Origin: an uncultured delta proteobacterium
GTDB taxonomy: Bacteria; Desulfobacterota; Desulfobacteria; Desulfobacterales; B30-G6
Direction of reading: 5' to 3'
DNA length: 64,000 nucleotides
Assembly (NCBI GenBank): GCA_963701385.1
Contig: CAVOZW010000027.1
Coordinates: 407,705 to 471,704 of the forward strand
Position 1 is the stretch's first letter, and every line of letters starts with the position of its first letter. The notes under the pieces are model-generated. The model worked only from the letters and a program-made list of their open reading frames with translations. It was not told the origin of the DNA and searched no databases. The translations under genes were made by a program, and so were the position numbers. Shown here one piece after another: positions 38,984 through 49,346 of this stretch.

Positions 38984-39990
38984 TGAAAGCACTGCTCGAA
39001 GTTAAGGGACTGCATGTTGACATTCCATTGGAAGCGGGTGTTTTGCATGCGGTGCGCGGCGTTGACATTGCCGTCGAGCGCGGCAAAACCCTGGCGCTGG
39101 TAGGCGAGTCAGGTTGCGGAAAATCATTGAGCGTGCTGTCGGTGATGAACCTGCTGCCCCAAAAGGCCAAATGGCGCGCTGACCGAATTTTTTTCGATGG
39201 CCGAGATCTCGACCATGCCAGTTCAAGCCAGATGGCGGATATCCGCGGCTCAAAAATTGCCATGATCTTTCAGGATCCCATGACCTCGCTCAATCCCTGC
39301 TATACGATTGGTAACCAGCTGGAAGAAGCCCTGCTGACCCATAAAAATGTGTCCCGGCAGGCAGCCCAGGATCGCGCGGTGTTCCTATTGGAGAAAGTCG
39401 GGATAACCGCCGCCGCCAGCCGCTTAAGGCAATACCCGCATCAACTTTCGGGGGGCCTGCGCCAACGGGTGATGATTGCCATGGGATTGATGTGCGACCC
39501 GCCCTTGATTATCGCCGATGAACCCACCACCGCCCTGGATGTGACCATTCAGGTCCAGATTCTGGCGCTACTGGCTTCCATACAGAAGGAGTTCGACATG
39601 GGGATGATCCTCATCACCCACGATCTGGGCGTGGTGGCCCGTATCGCCGACAAGGTGAATATTATGTATTGCGGACAGGTTGTGGAGTCCGGAGAGGCAT
39701 TCGATCTGTTCGAGAACCCCCTGCATCCCTATACCCAGGGACTTTTACGCTGCATACCCATTCCAGGTAAAACCAATCCCGGAGCCCACCTGGGATCCAT
39801 CCCGGGCATGGTCCCCACCCCCATCGGAGAACAGACCGGGTGCGTGTTTCAAAACCGGTGTCAATATGTGATGAACCAGTGCCAGTCAACCCGAGTGGGG
39901 GTGACTCAAATCTCGGCCGGTAGAGAATATCGCTGTCTTTTGGACCCGGAAACTTGCCGGAAAAACATGAACAAAGGTAATCGCAAATGA
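38983..39990 (+). CDS. ABC peptide transporter ATP-binding protein (DppD-like)
   Basis: Walker [17 protein letters not shown] signature, C-terminal oligopeptide-type extension. Confidence 0.9.
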   Translation: MKALLEVKGLHVDIPLEAGVLHAVRGVDIAVERGKTLALVGESGCGKSLSVLSVMNLLPQKAKWRADRIFFDGRDLDHASSSQMADIRGSKIAMIFQDPMTSLNPCYTIGNQLEEALLTHKNVSRQAAQDRAVFLLEKVGITAAASRLRQYPHQLSGGLRQRVMIAMGLMCDPPLIIADEPTTALDVTIQVQILALLASIQKEFDMGMILITHDLGVVARIADKVNIMYCGQVVESGEAFDLFENPLHPYTQGLLRCIPIPGKTNPGAHLGSIPGMVPTPIGEQTGCVFQNRCQYVMNQCQSTRVGVTQISAGREYRCLLDPETCRKNMNKGNRK

Positions 39991-40946
39991 CAACTGCCCT
40001 TTTGCATACAGAGGATCTTACCAAAGTATACCAGATCAGCGCCGGAATTTTCAAGGGCAAGAAGTCCTTGACCGCGGCCAACGGTATCAGCATTGATATC
40101 AAACAGGGGGAGGTGGTCGGACTGGTGGGGGAGTCCGGATGCGGAAAAAGTACGATAGCCAAAATCATCATGGGTCTGGAAAAGGCCACCAGCGGAAACG
40201 TTTTTTTTGCCGGAGAGCCCATAGAGAATATGAATCGTGAAGAGATGTCACGTCGCATTCAGCCCATATTCCAAGATCCCTATTCATCCTTGAATCCGCG
40301 CAAATCAATCGAAGCGATCGTCTCGCTTCCCTATCGGGTACACAAAGTGGGTAATAAAGCCCAAATGGAGGCCCGCGTCGAAGAGATTCTGGAGATAGTT
40401 GGGCTCCCCTCCCGCATGCGTTACAGTTATCCCAATCAACTCTCCGGCGGGCAACGCCAGCGCGTGGCCATTGCACGCGCACTCATGATGAGCCCCGAGC
40501 TGGTGATTTGCGACGAACCCACCTCTGCCCTGGATGTGTCGGTCCAATCTCAAATTCTGAACTTGCTACTAGATCTCCGTGATAAACAAGGCTTGACCTA
40601 CATGATCATTACCCACAATCTTTGCGTGGTGGAGCACATCGCCACCCGCGTTGCGGTGATGTATCTGGGGCGCATTGTAGAAGAGGCCGAAACCAAAACA
40701 CTTTTTGCCAATCCGCGCCATCCTTATACCAACGCACTGCTGGCTTCGGTGTTGACCCCCGAACCGCATCTGGGTCTGCCGGAGACCCATCTGGGCATCA
40801 TATACCCCAACCCCATCGATCCGCCCTCCGGGTGCACCTTTCATCCGCGCTGCCCCAAAGCGACGGAGGTGTGTGAGCAAACCCGCCCGGGAGTCATGGT
40901 TGAAGCCGACCACCTGGTGGCGTGCCACCATCCGGAACCAGCTTAA
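39987..40946 (+). CDS. ABC peptide transporter ATP-binding protein (DppF-like)
   Basis: Walker [10 protein letters not shown] and LSGGQRQR. 4-nt overlap with the upstream gene. Confidence 0.9.
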   Translation: MTTALLHTEDLTKVYQISAGIFKGKKSLTAANGISIDIKQGEVVGLVGESGCGKSTIAKIIMGLEKATSGNVFFAGEPIENMNREEMSRRIQPIFQDPYSSLNPRKSIEAIVSLPYRVHKVGNKAQMEARVEEILEIVGLPSRMRYSYPNQLSGGQRQRVAIARALMMSPELVICDEPTSALDVSVQSQILNLLLDLRDKQGLTYMIITHNLCVVEHIATRVAVMYLGRIVEEAETKTLFANPRHPYTNALLASVLTPEPHLGLPETHLGIIYPNPIDPPSGCTFHPRCPKATEVCEQTRPGVMVEADHLVACHHPEPA

Positions 40947-40969
40947 TATACGTATCTTCTTTGCCAAAC

Positions 40970-41176
40970 TCATATTTTCATTTGTAATGAGCACATATCT
41001 TCGATGATTCGTTTTTCATGTTCTTGAATATTTTCAAGACTATTAATTTCTCTCCATAGCCAGGTATCAACATCTTTTAACACTAGATTTTCAAGCGGAT
41101 CCTTGGAGTTGATATTCGTGTATTTCAAGTAATGTTGAACAACTCTTTTTTGTGTGGCATTATTTTCCTTTTTCAT
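40970..41176 (-). CDS. hypothetical 68-aa protein
   Basis: AAGGAGGGAACA immediately upstream of the ATG at 41176. No family recognised. Confidence 0.5.
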   Translation of the reverse strand: MKKENNATQKRVVQHYLKYTNINSKDPLENLVLKDVDTWLWREINSLENIQEHEKRIIEDMCSLQMKI

Positions 41177-41469
41177 TGTTCCCTCCTTTATTTTTATTGA
41201 TTCATTTTTACGTTTAGGAGGACATTAAGCTATCGCGGCACAATTTGGTTCACATTGCCAGTTAAATTTTGCCATGCTTTAACGATATATCATTAGCGAC
41301 TGGTTTTAGAAGTCATTACGCTTGAGATTATAGCAAGCCAACATTAGGATATAACTCTGGCTTCTTTAAATAGCATGAGATTTGAATTATTCCTTCTTAA
41401 TATTTCTCAATTATATTTTCATCAAATAGAAGACGAGTCGAATTCAGAAGTTATTTAAATTATTACAAA

Positions 41470-41497
41470 TAAATGGTGGAGGCGGCGGGAGTCGAAC
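41470..41497. repeat. 28-nt direct repeat of the ssrA 3' end (distal att site of the island)
   Basis: aaaTGGTGGAGGCGGCGGGAGTCGAACC is identical to 51537-51564. Similarity ends abruptly after it, and no tRNA or tmRNA body follows. Confidence 0.85.
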
Positions 41498-41565
41498 CTA
41501 CGGTGGTCCTTACAGCCACAAGGGTTTGCAGCGGTTTACCGAATGTTTACCGAATATCCGCTAAT

Positions 41566-42426
41566 CTACGACCCAACTTTCGTGCACTTATCCAGCAGTT
41601 CACGGATATATCCAGCAACATCCGCCTGAAGGTCAGGGTTGGGCTCATTGTATTGAAACTGCGCAACACGGCTCGGCCCAATACTATCCGGATCTACAAA
41701 GTCGCGGGACAAGATTTCAAGTGCGCTTTTTGTTTCTGCCTCCTTCAATAATGGGCTGAGGCATTCGCAGACCTCCTCAATACCGCTGCCATAGTTTCGG
41801 ATCACAAAATAGAGATCATACGCGTCCTTATTTTCACCTCTTTGATGAAATGCCAAGGCTTTCAGCACAATAAAGGCACCAGGACCACACACCCATATTT
41901 CGCGTTCAGTTTTTTCACCCTTCAATGTGACACCTTTTAATGAAACTTTCTTTTTATCCTGAAATGCCAAACGAAGGCCTGGCGTTATTACGGCTGCAAA
42001 TTCCTTTTCAATGTGGCGTAAATCCCCTCCCTTGTCAGTATCAAGACTTGGAGGGATCAGAAAATCCACAGTCACCTTCAAACCAGAAGAGGTGCTAACC
42101 TTCCATCTTTGAAATGTAATATTGCCCTCCTCGTTCTCATCCGGCTCAAAACCCGATCTGTGAAGCCTTTGGGTAAGATCCTCATATCGTTCCCTGTCAA
42201 GGATCGCCAAAGAAAGGCCAAGATCCAAATCCATGGTCCCGATATGGACATCTTCACCTGCAGGAAGGGCTTCATCCGGAATCAAAAGCGAGGGTACTAA
42301 GCCACCAACGACCACGAGATCATCCAACAAATCCCCGAGTTTTGTGGCGACGTAAAGGCAGGTTTGGCGCACTAACTCGACATTTTCTTTTGTGTAATCG
42401 TACGCGAATAAAGGTTTTTCAGGCAT
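41566..42426 (-). CDS. AbiEii/AbiGii-like nucleotidyltransferase (putative type IV toxin)
   Basis: Minimal NTase motifs VVVGGLVPSLL...GTMDLDLGL and VTVDFLIP. The size, and the 8-nt overlap (ATGCCTGA) with the upstream wHTH gene, fit AbiE-type pairs. Confidence 0.65.
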   Translation of the reverse strand: MPEKPLFAYDYTKENVELVRQTCLYVATKLGDLLDDLVVVGGLVPSLLIPDEALPAGEDVHIGTMDLDLGLSLAILDRERYEDLTQRLHRSGFEPDENEEGNITFQRWKVSTSSGLKVTVDFLIPPSLDTDKGGDLRHIEKEFAAVITPGLRLAFQDKKKVSLKGVTLKGEKTEREIWVCGPGAFIVLKALAFHQRGENKDAYDLYFVIRNYGSGIEEVCECLSPLLKEAETKSALEILSRDFVDPDSIGPSRVAQFQYNEPNPDLQADVAGYIRELLDKCTKVGS

Positions 42427-43474
42427 CCCGCCTCCATTTCAGTTTTTCCTGGCGAACCATCGAAGCCGCCTCTTTCGCCCGTTCAGGATGCCCCGTGAGA
42501 TCAAGAAGTACTTGCACAGGATGCACGCAGACAATACCTTCCTGGTCCGACGATCCATGGAAAACACCTTTATCGTTGGGAACGACCAGCCAGGTGTTGG
42601 CGCCACGATCATCCTTACTAAAATGGAGCTGGTCAAAAAGGTTTTTCCCGGGTGAATCAGCTAAAAACAGAGTGACCATACGGAATTTGGTGAAGTGGGT
42701 ATACTGCCAGGCTCCGGCCAGTCCAGTTGCCGCGTAATCGACTTTTTGCTCAGCAAGGATCTGAGTCATCTTTCTGAGCAGTTCCTCTCCCGATCGAGCG
42801 GCAACGTGTCCTTTGATGATCTGATGCTTTGAAAAATCGTAAGCCTCAAGCCATGCCTCAAGAAGTTCTTCCGGATTTGATGGTTTCAAAGCCCCCCTGT
42901 CATCTCTATCGATCAGATGGAGCTCTTCCAGTCTGCGGACAATCCGGCTGGTATATCCTTCGTCCAAACCTGTGATTTGCGAAAGCTCTCGCTGGTTGCG
43001 GCCTTGTTTCGGATCAATAAGCAACTGCCGCACGATTCGGGCACCTTTAGGTGCAAACACGTTGGCCGGCCGGCCGACTTTTTTAAATTTGTTTGGCCGG
43101 CCCTCGATATGAATCAAGAGCCCTGAAGCTTTGATATGAGCGTTTCCTGATAGATCGATCCAGGACACACCATGCTCTTTACAGAGATCCATTCCGGATC
43201 TTCCCATATAGGGCACGACAATCAACGGAATGTCGTCCTTATCAAAAGAATTCCTGGCCTCCGTAACTTGACGCAATGCCATAAGCAGTGGCGCTCTGGA
43301 AGATGAGCTTTTACATTCCACCAGGAAATGGTAGCCAGCTGCTTTCAAGAGAAAATCCAGACCAGAATCGATCTTTGGGGAAACAACGGCCACATCTTTT
43401 TCCGGTAACTCAAGCAATTTAGCCAGAATCTCCGGAACTTTTGTAATAGCCTGTTTTTCAGTTGAATCCATCAT
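42419..43474 (-). CDS. AbiEi-like wHTH protein with an N-terminal PD-(D/E)xK-like domain
   Basis: LDFLL...HFLVECKSS (D...ExK) in residues about 35-60. wHTH NQRELSQITGLDEGYTSRIVRRLEELHLI. The C-terminal VHPVQVLLDLTGHPERAKEAA resembles the AbiEi C-domain. Confidence 0.6.
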   Translation of the reverse strand: MMDSTEKQAITKVPEILAKLLELPEKDVAVVSPKIDSGLDFLLKAAGYHFLVECKSSSSRAPLLMALRQVTEARNSFDKDDIPLIVVPYMGRSGMDLCKEHGVSWIDLSGNAHIKASGLLIHIEGRPNKFKKVGRPANVFAPKGARIVRQLLIDPKQGRNQRELSQITGLDEGYTSRIVRRLEELHLIDRDDRGALKPSNPEELLEAWLEAYDFSKHQIIKGHVAARSGEELLRKMTQILAEQKVDYAATGLAGAWQYTHFTKFRMVTLFLADSPGKNLFDQLHFSKDDRGANTWLVVPNDKGVFHGSSDQEGIVCVHPVQVLLDLTGHPERAKEAASMVRQEKLKWRRDA

Positions 43475-43482
43475 AACTTGAT

Positions 43483-43513
43483 TAAATAGCCCAACTTGAC
43501 ATTTTTGTCAAGT
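43483..43513 (-). promoter_or_regulatory. promoter with overlapping perfect palindrome upstream of the AbiEi-like gene
   Basis: Minus strand: TTGACA (43506-43511), 17 nt, TATTTA (43483-43488), then ATG 8 nt later. The palindrome ACTTGACA-TTTT-TGTCAAGT (43494-43513) covers the -35. Confidence 0.45.
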
Positions 43514-44109
43514 ATATATATTTAGACAAGTTTGTTAGCCCTCCAGCTTGTTTAAATCCATTAACTTGCAAGCTTTAACAAGTTCAGGCTTTTAAGCAAG
43601 TTACGATAGCAAGATTGAGATCTACAACTCGATTTCCTGTGATTTCTGAAAGGACTCAACTAGCTCATTAACCCTGGCTTGATGGGCAGAAAGGAGCGCG
43701 CACATCGTGGGAGTCCGAATAAGCTGCTCTATGTTTTCTCTGGTGCTTGCGCTAAATTTCGACATTATCCAGATGAACTCAACGGTGTAATCTGACTTCA
43801 TTTTCAACCGGGAGGTTACAGATGGCGTTGTAAAACCATAACTATTGGTATCACAAGATATTTCGTCTGGCTTTCAGTGTTTGCAAGAATATTCTCCTAT
43901 CGCAGGTTCAAATAAACCTGCGATCTATTAAATATGCCCCAGGTATAAACGATTAATTTTGCGTCACAGATCTGATAGCTGGCTTCCAAAATATCTTGGG
44001 TACATTTCGGGTCAATAAAAAGGACAGCATCCTTTGAAGATCGCACAATCACAAAACCATTGTTTCTTGACTCCCTGGCTTATACAGATAATGAAATGGC
44101 CAAAATTTG

Positions 44110-45264
44110 CTACAATGCCTGTTGCAGGATTTTTAACAACTCCTTTTCGATCAGCTGAACAGGATTGCCGTTCATACTGCTTGCCACCTGGGCCTTTTCG
44201 ACCAATAGTGGAAAGTCAGCTTCCGTTATTTTATATTTCGATAGGGGCGGCAGTTTTAGGCGTGAGCAGATATTCCGGACCCAATTGATTCCATCGGAAG
44301 GCTCGGCTACCTTCTTTCCAGTCACAATCTGGGCAACCTCTCGGTAGCGAGTCAGTGAAAACGATTCTGGCTTACGCATCTGCAGTGCTTTTATGTTCAT
44401 TTCCATCACAAAAGGCAGAAGTCGGCCGCAAATAGCACCATGAGGGGCTTTGAACATTCCCCCCAGCGGACCGGCAATGCCGTGCACCGCACCGAGTTTC
44501 GCATTGGCCAAGGCCAATCCACCGAAAAGACTTGCCAGGCTCATTGCTTCACGTGCCTTGGTATCACCGCCATCTTCAAATACACGAACTAATGCGTGCG
44601 CGGCGAGACGCAGGCCTTCGCGACAGATTCCGTCAGTTAAAGGATTGGCCTTATTGGAAACAAACGCCTCCAGAAGCTGGGTAAAGGCATCCAGACCTGT
44701 GCTGGCGGTGATGGGCGGTGGCATGGTATAGGTTAGTTCCGGATCAACGACCGCCCATCGAGGAAGCATGAGCGGACTGCGCATGCTCACCTTTACACGG
44801 TGTTCCGGAGACTCCAGCACGGAATTACGAGTCACCTCAGCCCCCGTTCCAGCGGTGGTTGGAACGGCAACATAGGGGGCAGGCATCTTCTCTATGGGTT
44901 TTCCCTTGCCGATTACTTCCAGATAATCCAGCAGTTTACCCTTATTGGTGAGCAGAGCGGCAATAACCTTGCCGGTATCTATGACACTTCCGCCACCGAT
45001 ACCGATAACCCAATCGCAGGCAGCTTCGCGCGCCTTTTGAGCTCCGACCAGGGCTATTTCAGTTGTCGGTTCTCCCGGCACACTGAAAATAATTGACCCA
45101 ATCCTCTGCTCGGACAGCTGTTCGAGTATGATGCCAGCCCGCTCTGGACTGCGGCCCGTTACGACCATTGCCCGCCGTCCCAGGGTCTGGGCAAAAGCGC
45201 CGATTTCCCGTGCCTTTCCTGCCCCAAAAATAATTTGCGTAGCCGTCGAAAATTCGAATTGCAT
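44110..45264 (-). CDS. iron-containing alcohol dehydrogenase
   Basis: GIGGGSVIDTGK, PTTAGTGAEVT and the histidine-rich metal site region. Confidence 0.9.
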   Translation of the reverse strand: MQFEFSTATQIIFGAGKAREIGAFAQTLGRRAMVVTGRSPERAGIILEQLSEQRIGSIIFSVPGEPTTEIALVGAQKAREAACDWVIGIGGGSVIDTGKVIAALLTNKGKLLDYLEVIGKGKPIEKMPAPYVAVPTTAGTGAEVTRNSVLESPEHRVKVSMRSPLMLPRWAVVDPELTYTMPPPITASTGLDAFTQLLEAFVSNKANPLTDGICREGLRLAAHALVRVFEDGGDTKAREAMSLASLFGGLALANAKLGAVHGIAGPLGGMFKAPHGAICGRLLPFVMEMNIKALQMRKPESFSLTRYREVAQIVTGKKVAEPSDGINWVRNICSRLKLPPLSKYKITEADFPLLVEKAQVASSMNGNPVQLIEKELLKILQQAL

Positions 45265-45280
45265 GCTTTGCTGTCCTTTT

Positions 45281-45589
45281 TTACCCCCAGCCGTTTTCGT
45301 CTGGAAAAATGTTATGGTATTTGATGGCTCGGCGTGGCTCCGCCATCATATCTTCTACTATGTCGCGCCATTTCTGATAATGCTGTGTTTCCTTGTGGCG
45401 GGCTGGATCATTTTCCCTCCGATAGACTTCAAGCAAAACAAATTGGCTGGGATCATCCTTTTGTTGAATGACATCAAATCGAGCGATTCCGGGTTCTTTG
45501 ACACTATTGCTTGCGTTTTCCATCGAGGCGGATTTAAATTCCTCCACATTATCCGGCTTTACATGCACAAAAACATGTACGATAAACAT
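45281..45589 (-). CDS. antibiotic-biosynthesis-monooxygenase (ABM) domain protein
   Basis: 102 aa. [11 protein letters not shown]...F...S...[10 protein letters not shown]....P..F.L.EVY pattern. Confidence 0.85.
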   Translation of the reverse strand: MFIVHVFVHVKPDNVEEFKSASMENASNSVKEPGIARFDVIQQKDDPSQFVLLEVYRRENDPARHKETQHYQKWRDIVEDMMAEPRRAIKYHNIFPDENGWG

Positions 45590-45599
45590 GGTTGCTACC

Positions 45600-45736
45600 T
45601 CCTTTCCGGACTATGCTGGGTCCATGCTGAACGTGGCATCCAGAAAATCGTCGGATTTAATGATCATCAGAACCAACTCCTCGAAAAAGCCAGAGCTGAT
45701 ATCTGGCAATTTTACAGAGATCTTAAAAAATATTGA
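45600..45736 (+). pseudogene. transposase C-terminal fragment (family not determined)
   Basis: LCWVHAERGIQKIVGFNDHQNQLLEKARADIWQFYRDLKKY resembles the 'CW.H..R' segment of DDE transposases. It is an isolated fragment. Confidence 0.3.
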
Positions 45737-46008
45737 ATACCAGAACAAGTATCCTCCTCTTGCCGAAATTATGGAATCCCAAATGGAGCAACCCGTTGGA
45801 TAGGTGCGCCCTTACCCCTGACTTATTGAGAAGTTACCGTTTGTCAGAATAACGTTCCGAAACTGCTACGGCAAATAACGTTAAACAGCCGCTCGAACTT
45901 GCCAATAAGCGTACGTAAAGAAAACCAGCGCAAAAAAATTAAAATACGTTTGGCTGGACAACAGCGCCTGAGTACTATAAATCCAATCCAACCTTGTTCA
46001 ATATTTTG

Positions 46009-46878
46009 TCATACCTCAATAAATAGACGCTTCACATTTTTTAAATCGTCAGAGGAAAGCTCAAAATCAAAAACGTTTAGGTCTTCTTTCATATGCTGTT
46101 CAGAGCATGTTCCTGTAAGGGGAACGATAGCAGATTGGTTGAGATATCGAAAGAAGGTTTGGGCTTCGGTTTTTTTATGCTTTTGGGCGATGTTTTTAAT
46201 GGTATTGCTGTATAGTATATGAGGGTTGGCTGTGAGGGTCCAAAAACTCTGATAAATGACGCCATTCTTGGAGCACCAATTACGCAAGTCTCTATCGTAT
46301 CCGGTTTGCTGATAAAACCGGTTTTGCACAATTGCCGGCTTCACATTGGCATCAGCATAGAGTTGTTCCATAACTTCAATACTGTAACAGTTACTGATTC
46401 CCAACTGACGAGTGCCACCAGCCTTTTGAAGCGCTTCCATTGCAGCCCATGCCTTCATCAAACGTGTATGGGGTGATATTGGTGAATGAAGGATAAGAGA
46501 GTCTACATATTGAGTTTGGAGGTTTTTCGTCGAAACCTCAAAAGATTGGGTAACCTGCGACGCTATAGGAGCTTTCTGATCGTAAGGCACTTTTCTCGGA
46601 TCTTGACCGTCAAGTGGGGTAAATTTGGTCTGTACAAAAAGGGCTTCGCGTTTGATACCACAGCCATATAGTCTTTGAAGCGCCACCCCTACCAGTTCTT
46701 CATTGTAGTGCTTCGGTTGGCAGGCGGTATCAATTCCTTTGAATCCTGTTTGGATGGCCTTCACAACCAAATCTGCGGTATGCTCTTTTTTCCAGGCCGT
46801 ACCGTAAATAATCCATGGCATTTTCACGCCTGCTGCAGTTGTAACAAATTTCTGATCTTTCATTTTTTCGGGTTCCAA
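46009..46878 (-). CDS. aldo/keto reductase
   Basis: Family-typical sequence (GFKGIDTA..Y.NE, LILHSP, QNRF). Confidence 0.9.
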   Translation of the reverse strand: MEPEKMKDQKFVTTAAGVKMPWIIYGTAWKKEHTADLVVKAIQTGFKGIDTACQPKHYNEELVGVALQRLYGCGIKREALFVQTKFTPLDGQDPRKVPYDQKAPIASQVTQSFEVSTKNLQTQYVDSLILHSPISPHTRLMKAWAAMEALQKAGGTRQLGISNCYSIEVMEQLYADANVKPAIVQNRFYQQTGYDRDLRNWCSKNGVIYQSFWTLTANPHILYSNTIKNIAQKHKKTEAQTFFRYLNQSAIVPLTGTCSEQHMKEDLNVFDFELSSDDLKNVKRLFIEV

Positions 46879-47928
46879 TGATTAAGGATAACGTTTGAAC
46901 TCAGCGGCTCATAGGGGTTGCAGGTGATCACGTTCTGGACAATATCTCTGCCCTGGATCAGGACCTCTACCACAGCTTTTTCGGTTTAAATCGTCTCGCA
47001 CGGGAGTTAATGAAGATCGATGGAGCCAAGTATTCAAAAAAAATTCCATGAAAAAATCGACGCTCTCTTAGCCGGCCAGAAAGAGTCCCGTGATGAACTT
47101 GTTTTCAAACAGTTGTGGTCAAAACACCAAACGGATGAGCAGCAGGGATAAAATCAATAAAGCAACCCCCACAATAATGAGGATCCACCCGATACGAGCC
47201 GGGTCGCCCTCCACATTTGGCTCTCTTTTACCGGACTTTTTTTTAGGTTTTGAATACAGCGCCTCCACTTCTTTCCGGGTCAGATAATCCATATCCCAAT
47301 GCGTGGTATGGCGGTCTTTGGCCTGTTCTTTATATATTCGGATCTTTTTATCTTTTTTTCCCATTTTACATAATAATGATATCCGAGGGTTAGATTTTCA
47401 TGATGGGACTGATAATGACAGCTGCCATCGCAAAGGACTTTTTTCATCCAATGGATATTACCTAAGCCTTTATGTCACGTGTTAGCGATGAATTAAACAC
47501 TTAGTTGCACAGGATGTCAGCTCATCCCAAATAGCCTTGACAGGGCTCTGAATTTATTAAATTGTATTTTCTATAATCAACGACCGTGTTTATGCCCATT
47601 GTTTTATGATTGTATGGCAACATTGTCTCATAGCCGATGGACAATTCAAAATCAAGATCATTAGCTCAAAAATGCGCGAACTCCTCTTGTCCTGATCAAC
47701 AGATGGATTGAAGTCGCTAAGTCATTTGTTGCTCGGTGCTGCTGTACCGTCTGCACTTAGTACATCACACGCCGATAACAAAAGACAGGTTGCGAACAGC
47801 GGCATACACCTTGTCCGAAAATTCGTTTACATCTGCTTTCACGGCACTATGTTATGCATTATCGTATATTAAATGCCAAACCGATGTGAGCCTTTTGTTA
47901 ATGGAATAGACAGAGTAGGTATCTGATC

Positions 47929-48378
47929 ATGATCCGCACTTTCACAGTCACCATTATGAGCATACTGATTTCGTCGAGTGGCGCAGCGAGTGAAAAAAAC
48001 AGGGTTGAATTGGGTGATTATTTGTGGAAAAAACGCCCCCTTCTCCTGTTTGCGCCATCGCCAAACAGCCCCATGTACCGATCAGTCCCAGACAGCCTGT
48101 CTGCCCATATTGACCAAATCCACAATCGCCATATGGTGATCATTGAAGTGTTCCAAAATGGTCTGGTCCGTATCGATGGGAAATCAAACAGCCGGCATAC
48201 AGCGGAATCTTTTCGGCAGCAGTTTTCTACTAAGGAGGGCGAGTTGACAGCAATACTCGTGGGTAAGGATGGGGGACTCAAACTCCGGCAGAACGGCAGC
48301 CTTGATCTGGGTAAAATCTTTTCCCTCATCGACACGATGCCGATGCGACAACAGGAAATGCGAAAGAGCGTTGAATGA
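47929..48378 (+). CDS. DUF4174 domain protein
   Basis: Signal peptide, WKKRPLLLFAPS and the later ILVGKDGG motif. Confidence 0.75.
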   Translation: MIRTFTVTIMSILISSSGAASEKNRVELGDYLWKKRPLLLFAPSPNSPMYRSVPDSLSAHIDQIHNRHMVIIEVFQNGLVRIDGKSNSRHTAESFRQQFSTKEGELTAILVGKDGGLKLRQNGSLDLGKIFSLIDTMPMRQQEMRKSVE

Positions 48379-48845
48379 GACTTTGTCGTCTGAAACGGAT
48401 TCAAAATTTACCTGTCTCTCAAGAAAAAGCGTGGCGGTTTTTTTCTAACCCGATCAATCTGCCGGAAATCACGCCCCCTTGGCTCAGTTTCAGATTGACA
48501 CAAACGGTGCCGAGCAGGATCCATGCTGGAATGCTAATCTCTTACCACCTGAAACCGCTTCTTGGTCTACCCGTCACATGGATTTCGGAAATAACCCATG
48601 TGTACGAGCCTGATTATTTTATTGACGAGCAGCGCTTCGGCCCCTACAAATTCTGGCAACACCAGCATTTATTTGAAGCTGTCGGCACCGGGACGCAGGT
48701 GAGAGATATCATCCACTATGCAATCGGTTACGGAATTCTGGGTAGGCTGGTACAGCGCTTCATTGTGTCGCCGCGATTGTACGACATATTCGACTACCGA
48801 CATGAAAAATTAAAACAGATGTTTCGCGACTGCCCGGTAAAATAG
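48375..48845 (+). CDS. SRPBCC (cyclase/dehydrase-like) family protein
   Basis: COG4276-like sequence (FIDEQRFGPYKFWQHQH.F). 4-nt overlap with the DUF4174 gene. Confidence 0.8.
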   Translation: MRLCRLKRIQNLPVSQEKAWRFFSNPINLPEITPPWLSFRLTQTVPSRIHAGMLISYHLKPLLGLPVTWISEITHVYEPDYFIDEQRFGPYKFWQHQHLFEAVGTGTQVRDIIHYAIGYGILGRLVQRFIVSPRLYDIFDYRHEKLKQMFRDCPVK

Positions 48846-49222
48846 GCAAACGATATTCGATCCATCAGGGTTCCTATCGGTGCTATAAGCGTACTAAAAA
48901 AATCCTTGAAACGACGACTGGGATCGGAAATACGATAAAACTTGCTCCCGATTCGAATCATCATTCCCGGTGCAAATGGTTTAAGAGCAAGACGGTCGAA
49001 GTCCAGCATACGTTGGGCTTCGGGATACGCGGTTTGCAGCACCTGGAATCCGTAGTTCAATCTAAACCCGTCCACGTTTTCGGTTTTAAGTCGTCCGCCG
49101 ATTTTACCTCCTGCTTCCAAGAGGAGAAAAGAAATATTTTCTTTCATAAGCCGCCGGGCGCAGGACAAACCGGCTATACCGGCACCGACGATAATGACAT
49201 CCGCATCTACAGAGGATCCCAT
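48794..49222 (-). pseudogene. FAD/NAD(P)-dependent oxidoreductase, N-terminal about 125 residues only
   Basis: GGAGGG then ATG at 49222. DVIIVGAGIAGLSCA...LLEAGGKIGGR dinucleotide fold. The homology stops and the frame runs 52 nt into the convergent SRPBCC gene. Confidence 0.65.
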
Positions 49223-49346
49223 GTTACCCTCCTTGTATGAATTGTAAGTTTGTTTGTCATGTTTTCTCAATACAATGGCCGATAAACATTTGTACAGCGG
49301 CAAAACGTGTCCGGTCCATATGGATTGGAGGGTGCAGCATGTTTGA

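Noticed and set aside
41473-41565. Possible tRNA or second tmRNA gene, because of the TGGTGGAGGCGGCGGGAGTCGAACC 3'-end-like sequence.
   Set aside because: Identity with ssrA stops after 25-28 nt. The T-arm partner is broken (GTAGG versus CCCGC) and no D or anticodon arms or tmRNA body follow. It is an att-site duplication.
47119-47364. 81-aa tail-anchored membrane ORF, and small ORFs 43622..43807 and 54924..55154.
   Set aside because: No SD and no recognisable family. 47119..47364 overlaps a plus-strand gene fragment (...KIDALLAGQKESRDELVFKQLW...). Left unannotated rather than called.
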